Source: Sminthopsis crassicaudata
Lineage: Eukaryota
DNA length: 64,000 nucleotides
Direction of reading: 5' to 3'
NCBI RefSeq assembly: GCF_048593235.1
Contig: NC_133622.1
Location: 183,954,001 to 184,018,000 of the forward strand
The notes beneath the pieces were generated by a model. It was not told where the DNA came from. It did not search any database and worked only from the letters and a program-made list of their open reading frames with translations. Shown in pieces: positions 62,171 to 64,000 of this stretch (position 1 is the first letter of the stretch; every line of letters begins with the position of its first letter). The translations under genes and the position numbers were made by a program.

Positions 62171-62947
62171 ACACAGGATTCAAGATTTTATCAGTATAGG
62201 GAGCTCTAAGTTGAGAACTTCTACCAAAGAAGATCAGCTCCAATGCAGCTTTTGGTCTGGAAGGATTGACTTGGCCACTGATAGCTTAAATAACTTGCTC
62301 AGGATCACAATGAAAGCAGGACTTTGTATCAGGTCTTCCTGTCCTAAGATCAGCTCTTTGTCCACTACATCATATTGTCTAACCACTGACTATCCTGTCA
62401 ACTCAGTTAGTCTCTCCAGACTTATCAAAGCTGGTTTTTCAACAATGGAGAAGGGCCTGTATCAGATATTCTATATAATGACTTAATGTCTCTAGTATGT
62501 AGCAAGCAGAGATTTAAGGAAAAGTGGTGGTGGTTGTGTGTGTGTGTGCGCGCGCACGTGTGTGCTGAGGAGTAATATTGTAACAGAACTTTAGGAAAGA
62601 AAATGTGGCTGTAAAAGTGCTAGATTTAAACTGGGTTCTGGGCCAGGTGTAGTTGTAACTCACAGTGTGGTCTTAGGCCAGTCAGCTTTTGATCTTTGGG
62701 ACTCTGTATCCATGGGAAATCAGGGTATTAGAACAGAGTATCTTGAAGGGTTCCTCCAGAGAGAGAGAAATGGAAAGAGAGAGAAAAAAAAAACCAGAGC
62801 AGTGAAGAGAGAGAAAAAAAGAGACAGAGAAAAAGAAATACAGAGAGAGACACACAGAGAAAGCTGAAGTCCTCTCATGCTGCTGAAGTTTGGTATTCTT
62901 AACTTGGTTGTGAAACTTTGTTCACTTTCACAATTCTTTTCTTACAG

Positions 62948-63019
62948 ATACTCGACTCTCTGATGGCTGCAGGGCCACTGCGGGGACATCTCTCGGCCCA
63001 ATGGGAACTTTTCCAACAG
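62948..63019 (+). CDS. Candidate 72-nt symmetric internal exon of an unidentified gene
   Basis: ttcttttcttacag|...CCAACAG|gtacc; GC-rich with 3 CpGs against an AT-rich background; open in phase 1 (DTRLSDGCRATAGTSLGPMGTFPT) and phase 0 (ILDSLMAAGPLRGHLSAQWELFQQ). Confidence 0.55.
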
Positions 63020-64000
63020 GTACCAAGCATTACATAGTAACAGCTTTAACTAGGGTGGGATAACTAGGGTTTTCTCCTAGTCACAGAAGTTTAGAAGGTG
63101 AATATATTTAATACATGCATTCCTTTAGCAGTATCCCATGGAACAACTTAGCTCAGTACTTAGAACAGTGCCTGACACATAGTGGGCACTTAATATATGT
63201 TTATAGACTAACTTTGTTTTATTTCATTTATTATTTTCACACCCTAAAGGAACAAGGTGCTTTGCTTTCATGCAGTTTTTGGGGGGCACCAAAATGTCTA
63301 GTTTAGGTTTACTAACTCTTCTAACATCACTTGCATGATATTTTTACTCTGTTTGAGATAGTAGTGCTTGGGCTCTGAATCTAAGAATGGATGAAATATG
63401 GGTTCCTTTCTGTTTCTCACTGACTCTTTTCATTTCTGTAAAAAGCCACATCTAAGACCAGGCCAGTCGCTCTCTGAAACCTCAGCACAGGGTCTATTTT
63501 TATCTCAGACACAATGCAGGCATCCCTCACTTCTTATAACATGGGTGTTCCTGGGAAAGCTCATCAAACTTTAATTTTAATTTAAATACACCCAGTAAAT
63601 CAATTATTTAAAGAGTACTTGGGGTGAGTCTTTTTGCAACAGGAAAAAAAAAACAAAAAAACTATTTCTATACATAAATAATCAATCCCCTGATTCATCT
63701 TCTATATGTCTGGGGTGAGGAAGGGCTCCATGGATGTTCTGAATTGATCCTGAAGGAAAGTGAGAAGAGTAGTTGGCAGATAGAAGAAGGGAATACTATG
63801 AGCACAGGATAAAGATGGTTATTTCCTAGGGTTTTTTGGTCCTTTGAATGGCTGGTGAGTGACCACAAATATTCCCCTGTATTTAATTTAGAAACAAAAT
63901 GCTTTTTCATGGCTTAGGCAAAATAAACTCCAGCATCTCTATAAATTTATCATGTATTGTGACAACAGTTTCTGTTTGTAGTAATAATTATTAAGCTAAA

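Noticed and set aside
62948-62970. In-frame TGA as selenocysteine (YSTLUWLQGHC)
   Set aside because: No resemblance to a selenoprotein I know, no SECIS can be assessed in the window, and two other frames are open
1-64000. CpG island or canonical gene promoter
   Set aside because: No extended CpG-rich stretch; CpGs are concentrated in young LTRs and SINEs

Overview
AT-rich, CpG-poor mammalian DNA. The repeat complement points to an Australian marsupial, probably a dasyurid (inference): WSINE1/Mar1/MIR CORE-SINEs, RTE-tailed WALLSI-type SINEs, a 7SL retrocopy, marsupial L1 3' ends, CR1/L3, L2 and hAT/Tigger MITEs. The window looks like intronic sequence of a large, unidentified + strand gene, with a few splice-site-bounded candidate exons (best: 49253-49568 and 62948-63019, which join in frame). 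The standout is a very young 3848-bp LTR element on the - strand (51720-55567). It has two 576-bp LTRs differing at only 2 positions by eye, a perfect 6-bp TSD (AGTATG), a tRNA-Lys1,2 PBS and a PPT. It has no recognisable gag/pro/RT. Instead it carries an uninterrupted 341-aa ORF (coiled coil + one TM helix + unknown C-domain) in the gag position, a 24-bp U-rich array before a splice acceptor, broken integrase-CTD and env remnants, and a 49-bp hairpin array. A more diverged LTR of the same family at 15057-15658 retains its PPT inside the TSDs. All family names and protein similarities come from recalled consensus sequences, not searches; boundaries of old repeats are approximate.
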